From Macrostomum lignano (taxonomy: Eukaryota): a stretch of DNA of 64,000 nucleotides. Positions 12,201 to 23,803 of this stretch are shown piece after piece. How positions within the stretch are numbered: the stretch's first letter is position 1; each line of letters begins with the position of its first letter. The DNA is taken from NCBI GenBank assembly GCA_002269645.1, contig NIVC01001253.1, positions 1 through 64,000 of the forward strand, written 5' to 3'. The notes below the pieces were generated by a model. The model had not been told where the DNA came from and searched no databases. It was given only the letters and a program-made list of their open reading frames with translations. The position numbers were made by a program, and so were the translations under genes.

Positions 12201-13429
12201 TAAGTTTGTTTAAAATGAAAATATTTATAATATTTTTAAAAGGACTGTTCATATAATAGCCTTTCTTAAAAAACTCTACTTGTAAAAAGCCAATGACCTT
12301 TTTTAGAAATTTTTGGCATAACATTTTAGTGATTTTTTGTTTTTGGCATATACTAGTATACATTTAGCTAAGAAAGATAAGATTCTTGTTCTGGCATATA
12401 CTACTAGACAATCCGGACCTTGGAAAATGACAAGTGCAATCAGGTTTAAAAGTTCTCAAGGGTATATAAGCTAAACTTAAAGAGGCACCTTTCAGTCTCA
12501 ATAACATATACTTTTTTAAAACTAATGACTAATGACTAATGACTAATATTTAATGACTAATGTTTTTTAAAGTAAACTATATTCTAACCAGTGGCAGTAT
12601 CCATAAAAATATTAATTCAAGCAGACAATTTTGTTAAAAAATGGGTCATTAATGTACTGAGACTACCTATAAGTATATCCCAAGGACATCCCGCTTCTTG
12701 TGATCCATGTTTGAGCTAGGGATAGGAGTCTTAAGGTAAGCCCTAGGGCCTACTATATTTAATAATATAGAAGAAATTAATATTCACTGGAAAATAAAAC
12801 TTAATATCTTTTTTGATGGCAAAGGCCTAGCTGATGTCTCTGCTCCGATATCCCTTTTATACATGTTTAATTTCCTTTAATTTCATGAGTTCTCATTGCC
12901 TATTGGCATGCATATAATTATATTGGCTTAGTTTATGAATGTATTAGGTCAGCTCTTAGATCACTTCAGTTGTTTCTGGTTACAAGAAAATATTAAAGAT
13001 CAAATAAACTTATAAAGCTTACCCTTGAATATTCATTCATATAAATCATATCAAAGTTTTAATGCAAGCTACTATTATAAATATATACCTAGCATAACAT
13101 AGCCATAGCCCACAGGACTTAAATGATTTACATAAACCTACGGCCACTTTATTGAATTAATGAATTTTATCAAAGCAACTAAATGTGTCATGTCCATGTG
13201 TCATTTTTGCCTCTATCTAAAAATACTAGAATATTTAAGAGCATATCTTAAATTCCCCTAGGCCTAGAAGGTTTTGGTTAAAAGCTTGCCTGAATGGTGA
13301 CCTTAAATGGCCTATCTAGCATCTATCTAGAGCAATAGTATCCATTCCAAAGGCTAGTATTGCATAGCCATAAGCCAAGACTGCAGCTTAGGCTATCAGC
13401 TAGGCCTGTTGCATATTGGCCTATTGGAA

Positions 13430-13745
13430 ATCTTTGGGAAATCTAGCCACTTCCCTTTCCCAATCCTTTGAAAAATCTAGCCATTCTTCTTTCTCAATGC
13501 TCTTGGGAATCTGGCCATTATCCATTCCTAATCCTCTGAAGAATTCAACCACTGCATTCCTCTTCTAATCCTTTGGGCAATCTAGCTACTTTCTTATCCA
13601 ATTCCTCTGGGGAATCCAGCCACTCCCCTTTCCTAATCCTCTGGGGAATCCAGTCATTTCCCCTTTCCAATCCTTTAGGGAATTTTGCTTTTATATCCAA
13701 ATCCTCTAGAGAATCTAGCCACTCTCCTATTGTAATCCTTTAGGA
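13430..13745 (+). repeat. ~33 bp minisatellite (AATCCTTTGGGAAATCTAGCCACTTCCCTTTCC), left arm of an inverted pair
   Basis: About 9-10 degenerate units are visible. Confidence 0.85.
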
Positions 13746-14904
13746 GAATCAAACGTCTAGCAATTTTATTCCTTATCTCCATCTTTCTATATTTCCACTT
13801 TCCTTTTTATTCATTTAAGGAAATCATGTTTTATAATGATTGTATTGTTTATTTGTCTTTAATTCAATTTTCAGCTATTTTAAGCATGAAAAAGAATTGT
13901 TGAACTTAGCATTTGCACCCAAGAAAGACCAGTGCCAGGTCCCTATTTTTGAAAACTATGGGAACAAGTAGAATTTTGTTTGGCTTTTTTTGCTTTGAAC
14001 TTCAATGTTTATTTATTTTTGTAAGTTTTACTTTTTTGTTTTAAATGGAGTATTGATGTACAAGGATTTCAGATAATTTTTTTCAGATAACTTTTCCAAG
14101 GATTGCATGGCCTTTTTGAGCAATAAATTTAAAGTTTAACTGCAAAATAAAAAGTTTGTGTACAAACATGCTGTGAGAGAAAAAATTCTGCCAGGTCCCT
14201 CGGTACATGAATTGGAAGATCTGGTAACTATATTGAATTGCATACTGTGCACCAAAGTTTAATTCTAAATTTTGTACTTGTCTAGACTGACAGACTATAT
14301 AGTAGTACTGCCTATGCATAAATGAATAAATTTGCCTAATCACTTGCAGGCACATGGGATGTTTGCTGATTATCATATTTTTTTTCATGAAAAGTTGTAG
14401 CGGCTCCAATATTCGCATGTGTGCTTCTCCTGAAGTTGTAGGAATTTTGAATGACAATCTTGGAGTTATTCAAGTAAGATTATGTTTCTTTTTATGCAAA
14501 TGTTTTGATGCAGTTACATACAATTACATATTTGAGATAGAAAGCCTTTAAGTTCAATAGATATAATGACTAATATAATGTATTAGTATCTGTTCTTTAC
14601 CATTGCAGAAATTTGAATTACTTTCCACCAGACTGGCACAATTGTTGGCTCAAAAGCCAATGGTTGAGCATATGCCTAAAAGAAATTTGCGTGGCATATG
14701 GTGAATTAAATATATATTTTTGTGTTTGTCATAGTAGAGGCCTATGTTTCAGATCTACTTGTGCTAAATTTTAGATAATTTAAGTTTAAAGGAAAGGGAA
14801 AATCTGATATTTAAGTCTATAGGCTACTTTGAAACATAATCTATTTTTCAAATTTATATATATTTATACTTATGTATCTATTAACTTAATTTTTTATACC
14901 TCTT

Positions 14905-15170
14905 TGGGCTGGATTCCCCAAAGGATTGAGAAAGAAAAGGCTGGATTCCCCAGAGGATTGGGAAATGAGAATGGCTAGATTCCACAAAGGATTGGGAAGG
15001 GAGGGTGGCTGAATTCTCTAGAGGATTGGGAATAGGAAGTGGCTAGATACCCTAAAGGATTTGGATAAGAAAGTAGCTAAATTTCCTAGAGGATTGAGAT
15101 AGGGAAGTGGCTGGATTTCTTAGAGGATTAGGATAAGAGAAAAGATAGATTCCTTAAAGGATTAGGTGGC
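14905..15170 (-). repeat. Same ~33 bp minisatellite in inverted orientation (right arm)
   Basis: The GGCTGGATTCCCCAGAGGATTGGGAAA units are the reverse complement of the 13430-13745 units. Confidence 0.85.
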
Positions 15171-17283
15171 CATGATTAAGACAAGGGAAAGCTACATTGT
15201 TAGACAAATTAAGGCTAGGCTTAAGGATAAAATAGCTTCTAAGAAGGATTATTTAAACTAAAAAAGATTCAAATAAGGATTATTATAGCTAGAAAAGAAA
15301 CTAAATTGAAAAATATATCAAGGTCAAAAATTGTATCTATTCTAAAAGACTAAGGCTAAGGAAAAACTGGATTTCTGAAAAGATTAGGATTAGAAAAAAG
15401 ATAAATATATTCTTAGATATGCTAAATAATAATAGGTTAGTTAGCCTATATTAAATATAAATTTTGATATAAATTTGCAAGCTATAAGCCTAGCTAGTAT
15501 AGCTTGTCGTAGTAGTAAGTATTTGGCTCAGGCAAGTAGCCTGCTTGGCCAATATATTTCAGTGTATTTAAAAAAATTCAAGAGTAGAAGGCAATATTTA
15601 TATGCATTAATCTTGTACGATCGTACGGGAGATTTGGGCGATCCTGAAGATTCCCGCGTTTAATTATTTTACGGAATTATTTCGCCCTCTTTTCAAGGGT
15701 GGTGGGGGGTGGAGGTTATAATTAAACGCGGGAAACTTCAGAATCGCCGAGATTTGTAATACTATAATTATTTGAAAGAGCGCCTAAATGTTATTTACGA
15801 AACCTTGAACGAGCTTTAACGACAAACGAAGAAAAAGTAAGGAATTAAAAAAGACAAGTATTGTGTGCAATTGATGTATGTAGTTCGTGATTTAAAGCAA
15901 AAAAGTTTAACCCGTAGTTAATAAAAAAGTATATAAGTATTAGTATAGTATAAAGTATAAAGCCACTCGGGTGTCGCAATCAAAAAATTAAAAGCTGTAT
16001 TATTAAACTTTAACAAAACTATGTTTGTTAATTTACAAATAAGTTTGCTTTGAAATATCTATTTAAGTATGTTTATTAAGAAGCTATTTATAATTAACTA
16101 CAGCATTTATCTTGTCTACTGTAAGACTAACTCTAAAATATTTTCTAATTTTAAATGCAAGGGATTCCAAGACACTATCTATCTATCACGCACTCGCCGG
16201 CCGGCTGCATTCTGGGGCCTTTCTGGGGCGATGTTTCGGTTTCCCCAGAATATTGCTTATTCTGTTTCTACAACTAGAATCCAATTTGTAACTTATAACT
16301 TTTTGTCTTCTAAACTATAGTGATATATGTGCTATAAACATTTAATTCTTGAGTAGCGATAGCCAAGAAGAAAAAATGCAGTAATGCTGTTCAGTTAGGC
16401 AGTCAACCATTCAACAATGTTATGTAGTTATACTGTTTTTTTCTTAAAAGATTCAAGCCAATTCTGGTGAAAAGCCTCCTGCTTGCTCATCACTCCGTCA
16501 GTTAGCTATTAGGACGCGTAGTGCGACTTTGTCTTTTGCTGTACGATTGTAGTTTGCTTAAATAAGTACTGCAGTCAATCAAAAGACACTAGTTGTGACC
16601 ACCATTCCACTAATCGCTGTCACTGATCGGTTCATAAACATTATCATACTCTAGCTATAAAGTTCTGCTAAAATTTCTTCTCCTTTAAGCGATCTAATGC
16701 TTTGATTAAATCCTAAAGTAAAGCCATCTTTCTTTCTTAGATATAAATAATTTTATAATTATTCAGTCCAGTCGACCAGTTTGCTCAGTTTTTAAGAAAA
16801 AACTTCAATTCTATTTGAAGAATTGGTTAACATTATGGTTTATGTTAACTTATTTTTTGTGTCTCGAAAGCTTTTTGAGAGCACAGTTGTTAAATTATTA
16901 TACTAGCACTCATGGAGCTATAATAATATAGCAATTTGTAAAAAAAAAATGTTCTAAAAATTTATACAGAATATGCAATGATTAGCAAAATTTTTGCGTA
17001 ATTTAACTATTGAAAACTATCAGCTGCAGTTAAAATAGCAAGCTTTTAGTTTTAGTATAATTTTAAGATCAAGTAGTGTTGGCATAATTCATTTAGGCTT
17101 GTGACATTATAATTATTTTGACTAACTATATAAAAAACGATATATATATATATATATACTATAAAGGCCTGATCTCAGTTTCTTTGTTTCTATATTGGTC
17201 CTAATTTACTTGCAACACAAATCTTAAACATTATATATAAATGTCAAACATCTTACTTTACAATTTCAGACAAAATTGTATCC

Positions 17284-17749
17284 ATGGCAACTATCTCAGT
17301 AAATATGCTACGATCATTGGTAGATGAGCGAATTTCCATCAAGGTCTCTGGTTTGCCCACAAACTCTCCAGTGACTCTGCACCTACAAATTAAGGAGACC
17401 TATGGCTCATTCTCAGCATTTGGTCACTATATGACTGATGAAGCAGGGAGGCTTGACTTGGACTCCAGCTGCAGTGTTGGAGGAACTTACACTGGACTTG
17501 ACAGTATGGGGCTCTTCTGGTCTCTCAAACAGGACCCATCGCAGAGAACTGGTCTTCGATTGCTCAGACGTGAAGCTGAAATTCCTTTGAAATATCAACT
17601 GATGGCTCTGAATGGTCACGTGATGTGGGACGAACTGGCTGGCGAGCAGAAACCCAACTCTGGCCATGCATTGTGCTCAATAGGCTTAGAGAGGACCTAT
17701 TTATCTGACTCAGTGGAACGACTGCCCATTAAATTTGGTCGACTTAGAG
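17284..17749 (+). CDS. Acyl-CoA thioesterase / BAAT-family gene, exon 1
   Basis: ATG at 17284; DERISIKVSGL...GHYMTDEAGRLDL...GTYTGLDSMGLFWSL matches the ACOT N-terminal domain. Donor AGAG|GT at 17750, phase 1. An AG acceptor ~14 nt upstream of the ATG suggests a 5'UTR intron or a trans-splice site. Confidence 0.92.
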
Positions 17750-17989
17750 GTGACAATTCAATGAAAATTTATTTCAAAACATGATTCTTAATAATGGTTC
17801 GATTTTCTAATAATATATATTTTCTACGTAACCTACATAAGCAAATAATAAGGTATATTTCTTAAACTAGCCTACTATTAGTAACAGTTCATTCACTCAA
17901 ATTTGAAATCTTTCTGTTCAAATACATGTACCATCCATCCACACCAGCTTAAATTTTATCCCTGTCCTGTGCTCGAATCCCACCATGCT

Positions 17990-18345
17990 CAAATCCCACC
18001 CCATTCTCATATCCCAACCCGCTCGAATCCACCCTGCTCGAATCGTATCCTGCTCAAATCCCATCACATGCTCAAATCCCATCCCATACTCAAATCCCAC
18101 CTCATGCTCGAATCCCACCCCATACTCAAATCCCACACCACACTCAAATCCCATCCCATACTCAAATCCCACCTCATGCCTAAATCCCACCCCATGCTCG
18201 AATCCCATCTCATGCTCAAATCCCAACCACACTCAAATCCCATACCATACTCAAATCCCATCTCATGCTCAAATCCCACCCCATACTCAAATCCCACCCA
18301 TCCTCAAATCCAATCCCATACTCAAATCCTAACTGTGCTCAAATC
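17990..18345. repeat. 18 bp minisatellite (CTCAAATCCCATCCCATA-like) in ACOT intron 1
   Basis: Directly visible tandem units. Confidence 0.9.
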
Positions 18346-18354
18346 CCACTCCAG

Positions 18355-18848
18355 GCGCACTATTCAAGCCCCGGTCGCAGCGCTCCTGTCCACCGGTGAT
18401 TGACCTGTTCGGCACCGGTGGTGGCCTGATGGAGCACCGATCAGCCCTGCTAGCCAAGGAGGGCTTCAGCGTGCTGGCGCTGGCCTACTTCAACTATGAA
18501 GATCTGCCCAAAGAGCTTCACGAGATTGACATGGACTATTTCGAAGAGGCTGTGGACTTCATGCTGGCTTCTCCCTATAGCCGCCTGGGTCCCGAGGGCG
18601 GCTTAGGCTTGATCGGGGTCAGCGCTGGTGCAGATATTGTAGCCAATGCCGCCATTCTGTTTGGCAAGAAGATCAGAGCGGTGGCCTGGCTGAATGGCAA
18701 CCGGTGTCGCAGTTGGTTTCCGGTTCGCTACAGAGCGCGTTGGTTGCCAAATCATTTCCCGATGAATGTGGCGCTGGTGAAACCGTCTGATAGGTCAGAT
18801 GGGCTGTACTCTAGAGAGGCCTGCTGCTCTGGGTGCACCGAAGCTCAG
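18355..18848 (+). CDS. ACOT/BAAT-family gene, exon 2 (catalytic Ser in GVSAG)
   Basis: CCAG|GC joins GRLRG-ALFKP; VIDLFGTGGGLMEHRSALLAKEGF, LAYFNYEDLP and GLIGVSAGA follow. Donor CAG|GTAAGC at 18849, phase 0. Confidence 0.92.
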
Positions 18849-18879
18849 GTAAGCCCTGACCAAATGGGTTTTATACCCT

Positions 18880-20030
18880 GATCCCATCTCCCCATTAAAA
18901 AATCCCATCTCTCCATTTGCAATCCCAACTCCCTATTTGGAATCTTATCTCCCTATTTGAAATCCCGTCTCCGCATAAAAAAATCCCATCTCCCTATTCA
19001 AAAATCCCATCTCCCTATTCAGAAATCCAATCTCCCCATTAAAAAATTCCATCACCCATTTAAAAATCCCATCTCCCCATTCAAAATCGCATCTCTCCAT
19101 TTGAAGTCTAATCTTTCTATTCAGAAATCCCATCTCCCTATTCAGAAATCCAATCTCCCCATTTAAAAATCCCATCTCCCCATTCAAAAATCCCATCTCC
19201 CCATTTAAAAATCCCATCTCCCCATTTAAAAATCCCATCTCCCCATTCAAAAATCCCATCTCCCATTTAAAAATCCCATCTCCCCATTCAAAATCGCATC
19301 TCTCCATTTGAAGTCTAATCATTCTATTAAAAAATCCCATCTCCCCATTTAAAAATCCCATCCCCCCATTTAAAAATCCCATTTCCCCGTTCAAAATCGC
19401 ATCTCTCCATTTGAAGTCTAATCTTTCTATTCAGAAATCCCATCTCCCTATTCAGAAATCCAATCTCCCCATTTAAAAATCCCATCTCCCCATTCAAAAA
19501 TCCCATCTCCCATTTAAAAATCCCATCTCCCCATTCAAAATCGCATCTCTCCATTTGAAGTCTAATCTTTCTATTCAAAAATCCTATCTCCCCATTTAAA
19601 AATCCCATCCCCCACTTAAAAATCCCATTTCCCCATTCAAAAATCTCATCTCCCCTTTTAAAAATCCCAACTCCCCATTTAAAAATCCCATCTCCCAATT
19701 TAAAAATCCCATCTCCCCATTCAAAAATCTCATCTCCCCATTTAAAAATCCCATCTCCCCATTTAAAAATCCCATCTCCCCATTCAAAAATCCCATCTCC
19801 CCATTTAAAAATCCCATTTCCCCATTCAAAAATCCAATTTCCCCATTTAAAATCCTATCTCCCTACTTGAAATCCCATCTCCTTATTCAGAAATCCCATC
19901 TCCCCATTTCAAAATCCCATCTCCCCGTTCAAAAATCCCATCTCCCCATTCAAAAATCCCATCTCTCCATTTGCAATCCCATCTCCCTATTTGGAATCTT
20001 ATCTCCCCATTCAATAACCCCATCTCCCCT
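18880..20030. repeat. ~18-19 bp minisatellite (AAAAATCCCATCTCCCCATT[T/C]) filling ACOT intron 2
   Basis: Dozens of tandem units; the same family recurs at 29870-30440 and 40530-40880. Confidence 0.95.
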
Positions 20031-20133
20031 TGACACGTTGACACGTTTTCCAACAGTTTTTATTTTCAAGATCTAATTGGTCAGGATCATTGACAAAAAC
20101 TTCCCATCACCCTATTCAAAATCTCCATGGCAG

Positions 20134-20466
20134 GAGCTACCTGTGGAAAAGTCCACCTGCAGGTTTCTGTTTCTATCCAGCCTCGATGACTACTCAATGC
20201 CTGTGGACACCGGAGCGCGTCTGGCTGCTCGAATTCGAAGATCTAACGGACAGCGCCGAGTTGATCACGTGGCCTATCCAGGTGCGGGTCACCTGCTAGA
20301 GCCGCCAATCAGCCCCTGCACCCCGCTGTGCTATCACGGACTCTACGGCTTGAACATGGACTATGGCGGCAATTCAAAACAGCATCACGAGGCTCAGGTA
20401 GACAGCTGGTGCAGAATTATTCAACTGTTTCGGGAAGAGCTGGATCCGGTCTCGGCTAGACTGTAG
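20134..20466 (+). CDS. ACOT/BAAT-family gene, exon 3 (Asp in SLDD, His in GAGHLLEPP; C-terminal ARL = PTS1). Spliced protein ~430 aa
   Basis: GGCAG|GAG acceptor, ELPVEKS...YPGAGHLLEPP...AQVDSW...SARL*. All three exons splice in frame with GT-AG introns. Confidence 0.92.
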   Translation, partial: ELPVEKSTCRFLFLSSLDDYSMPVDTGARLAARIRRSNGQRRVDHVAYPGAGHLLEPPISPCTPLCYHGLYGLNMDYGGNSKQHHEAQVDSWCRIIQLFREELDPVSARL

Positions 20467-20552
20467 CATAAGGTTAAACTGAAAATAATTGACAGCAAAT
20501 TATAAAATTATCAAATTGTTTTATTGCTTATTTAAGAATTTACCACTGTAAT

Positions 20553-21863
20553 CACGGGCTCGGCAAACTCCAGCCTGTGGGCCACATGCGACCTGCGAAG
20601 CCTCTCTATCCAGCCCTCGGGTCCTTTGGAATTTCTCCATATAGCGATCTGGCTCGCTTAAGGTTTGTGTCTTCTCAGCTCTCTTCTCTTTCTCTTCTCT
20701 AATCTCCTTCTCTTCTCTCTTTTCCTTCTCTTCTCTCTTCTCCTCTCCTCTCCTCTCCTATTTAATCTCTCTCCTCCTCTTGTCTCCTTTAATCTATCTC
20801 TTTTCTCTATTCCCTCTTCCCTCTCTCCGCTGCTCTGCAGTCATGCGCTAGGTTCTCTATCTGGTACTTGACGTAATAAAAACGTTTTTCGACCTTTGCT
20901 GTAACCAAAGTATTATATTGCATTTTGTGCGTATAAATGACAAACTTTTTGATAATTAATTTCAGTTTTTTGCCAAAGTAAAATCAAACGGAGTGCTGTG
21001 AAGTTTTTTGTAATTAAGATTTATTTATTTGTCTGCAAATTTGGTTTTGTAGTCATTTTTATATAATTTCATTAGCCAAGTGTTTTTCATTTTGGCTTTA
21101 CTTATTTTGCAAAAAACCTCATTTAATTGGTTGAAATTTTAACAAATAAATTGAATCGATTATTTAAAAAAATATTGAGTACTGGCTAATTACGATTGCC
21201 TTTCAAATTGGTGCCCTTTTGTTAGTCTGCTTTGGGCTTCTCTAAACTGATTTGTTTTGACGGTTTAAAAACTTTAAGCCCAATAGTATGCCATGACCTT
21301 GATTTTAGCAAATAACTCGCTGTGCATCCGCTGGTCTGAGTTGAGTTCAACTCAATAAAATAGTGACACAGCTGCTCAAGCTGAAAGACATTGGCTAATT
21401 TTTCTAAATTATTTGATCATTCACAAGCGTGACGCATATCTAAGCTTGGAAATATATTATTTTATAGTCTGTAGCAATCTGGATACTTGCATGTTTTGAG
21501 ACATAGAACTTGAGAGGGAGAGAGAGAGAGAGAATCAGATAAAGACCAAGCCCCTCATCATCCATAATCTATACATAAAGGGTTTATTAGGGGGGGGGGG
21601 GTTTGTTTTAAGGGCCAGACAGAGAATCTAGCGCATGGTACTACTGCTGACCAGACGGTAAGAGAAAGCAGTTACATGTAGTTCTCTATGGGAGAGTTCT
21701 TACATAGAGTATTCTTACATGAAAGGAGAGAGGAGAGGCCGGAGAGCTGAGAGGAGCGGACGGGATTGCTATTGTGAAGTTTCAAAGGACCCTAGTTGCC
21801 TGATCGAAAGGCTTGGCGGGCCGGGCCGCACGTGGCCCACGGGCCCGGAGTTTGCCGAGCCTG
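20553..21863. mobile_element. hAT-type non-autonomous element with long imperfect TIRs containing CT/GA tracts
   Basis: Left end CACGGGCTCGGCAAACTCC..GTGGGCCAC, right end reverse complement CAGGCTCGGCAAACTCC..GTGGGCCAC. The arms also share GGGTCCTTTG.AA.TT..C.ATAGC.ATC. No 8 bp TSD was found. Confidence 0.6.
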
Positions 21864-23589
21864 ATCGAGATGAATACACCTGTATAACCGGAAGACTAAT
21901 TCGAAGGATTCACACTGCACCTGAGCTGAAACTCGAAGATCACTAAACTTATCATTAAATGATTTTAAAAAATTACAGCTTGATGATCATCAGTGAGCTA
22001 AAAATTCACTCATTTCATTTTTCTACGTATATTAACTACATCTGTAGTAAGTGACGTTTTAAAACCCCGAGGATGCGGGTGGCCTGCTCTGCAGGCCATA
22101 CCTCATGGTCTATGGCTTGCGAATTATTTCGATGTGTTTCGAAAAATAAGTCTACATAATTAAACCGTTAGCTTGCGGCTTTGGCCTGCTGAGCAGGCCA
22201 TGACTAATTTCTATACAGAAAACATTTTGTAGATCACGGTCAACGAGTTTTTCTATCTGATGTAGTCATTTTTAATAAGAAACATTAAAAATCAAGAACA
22301 TAAATTGCTATAACGTATGAACAATGTTTAACAGCTAAACAGCAACAATAACATAACCTGTTTATAACCAGATGGCATATTGAGCATAAATTCGGTTTCC
22401 CGCAATAAATTTTTTACTGGATTTTCAGGCATTAATACTGCCCAATATGCTTTTAAACCTGCGTTACTGATTATTTTCCGGCCTTTCCAGATTAGAAATT
22501 CAAAAACCTGCTTCATTTTCCTGCTTTGGAGTTTGGACTTTTACATTCCGTTCCATTCCGCAAGCTACGCTGATTAATAGATTCCCAAACAGCAGTGTAG
22601 GGCTATCTTTAGCCTTCCTTTCACTTTCCTGAAACTTTCCTGAGAAGATATAAACAGATCAGTGTTACGAGTTAATAGTTTATTTTCAAACAACATAACA
22701 ACTTAATTTTTGACCAGCGGTGGAGACCCGCGGTTGGTTGGAGGTTAGAATGAAGCGACTTTGAACTGTAAAGAGCTGCATTCTTGCTTTTGTCAACGCC
22801 TAGTTCGCCAACGCCTAAAGTTCGGCGCTTGTCATCTCGATCTTTTGCTAGACATGAGTCAGCCAGTCTGCTTGGTCTATTTTGACTGTCGAGAACTGGG
22901 CGGGGCTGCGATCCAGATAAATGTCTGAGAATGTGACAATATGTTAAAAATAGTTTGAGTATCAAGTATAACCAAGTGCACATCTGCTCGACAAATGATA
23001 GTAAATGTTTAAAGAATTCCTATTATAAAGATTGAAATTTTACACTTTCATGTCCAAGTTAATCGTGTTCCCTAGGATTATTAAAACCCTGGCTGGCAGT
23101 TGCATGATCCTTGATCGAATTATCTAAGGCGTAGCCGAAGTCAGTTGAATTCGTCTAAAATGTCTGCATTATCTCTACACAGCGATGTTTTTACTTTTAA
23201 CTATAGCTCTTGGGTAAGTCTATTTACTTTTCAAAAAGGAAACAATTATAGGGCTCTCGAAAGTACATGTACCATTTAGCTACGTGTACACAAAAAATCA
23301 TGCTTCTATGTGACAATTATGAGCAGTCTGTATTCTGTTATTCGATTATTGTCGATTTGATAATGCAGCCACTCTGCAGAAGAGTTTTGAATAAGTGAAA
23401 ATTAATCAACACATCGATATTAAGTACCCGCTCAGAGCTGCTAAATTTTAAGTGTCGCTTGTCCCTACGTTTGTCCGCTTGATTGAGTTTTCTAGTTAAG
23501 AGCTCATGTACTTATTGTTCTTCTTTGTCCAAAAAGTCCCTATCTCAGATCCTATAGAAGCGTTCGGGTGCTGCACCTGCTGCTCGGGA

Positions 23590-23803
23590 CAAAACCTAGT
23601 CAAGCTCGGAGAGGAGAGAAGAGAAGGGAGAAGATAGGAAAGGAGAGAAAGAAAATAAGAGAGAGAGAAGGGAGAGGAGAAGAAAGGAAAAAAGAGAAGG
23701 GGGGAGAGAAGGGACTGGAAATTAGAGAGGAGAAAGCTGAGAATAGACACAAGCCACGAGCGTGTCGGATCGCTATTGTGAGGGCCGAAGTTCGCCAACC
23801 CCG
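23590..23803 (-). mobile_element. Truncated GA-rich half-element of the same MITE family (paralogs at ~34150-34363 and ~43700-43905)
   Basis: A GA tract is followed by AGCTGAGAATAGACACAAGCC...GTTCGCCAACCCC, a terminus of the CAGGGGTCGGCAAAC type. Confidence 0.55.

Noticed and set aside
17903-20076. Repetitive ORFs (KSHPIL, MGFLNGE, GRWDFKW), also at 29.7-30.5 and 40.6-40.9 kb
   Set aside because: Translations of 18 bp minisatellites that lie inside defined ACOT introns or junction arrays.
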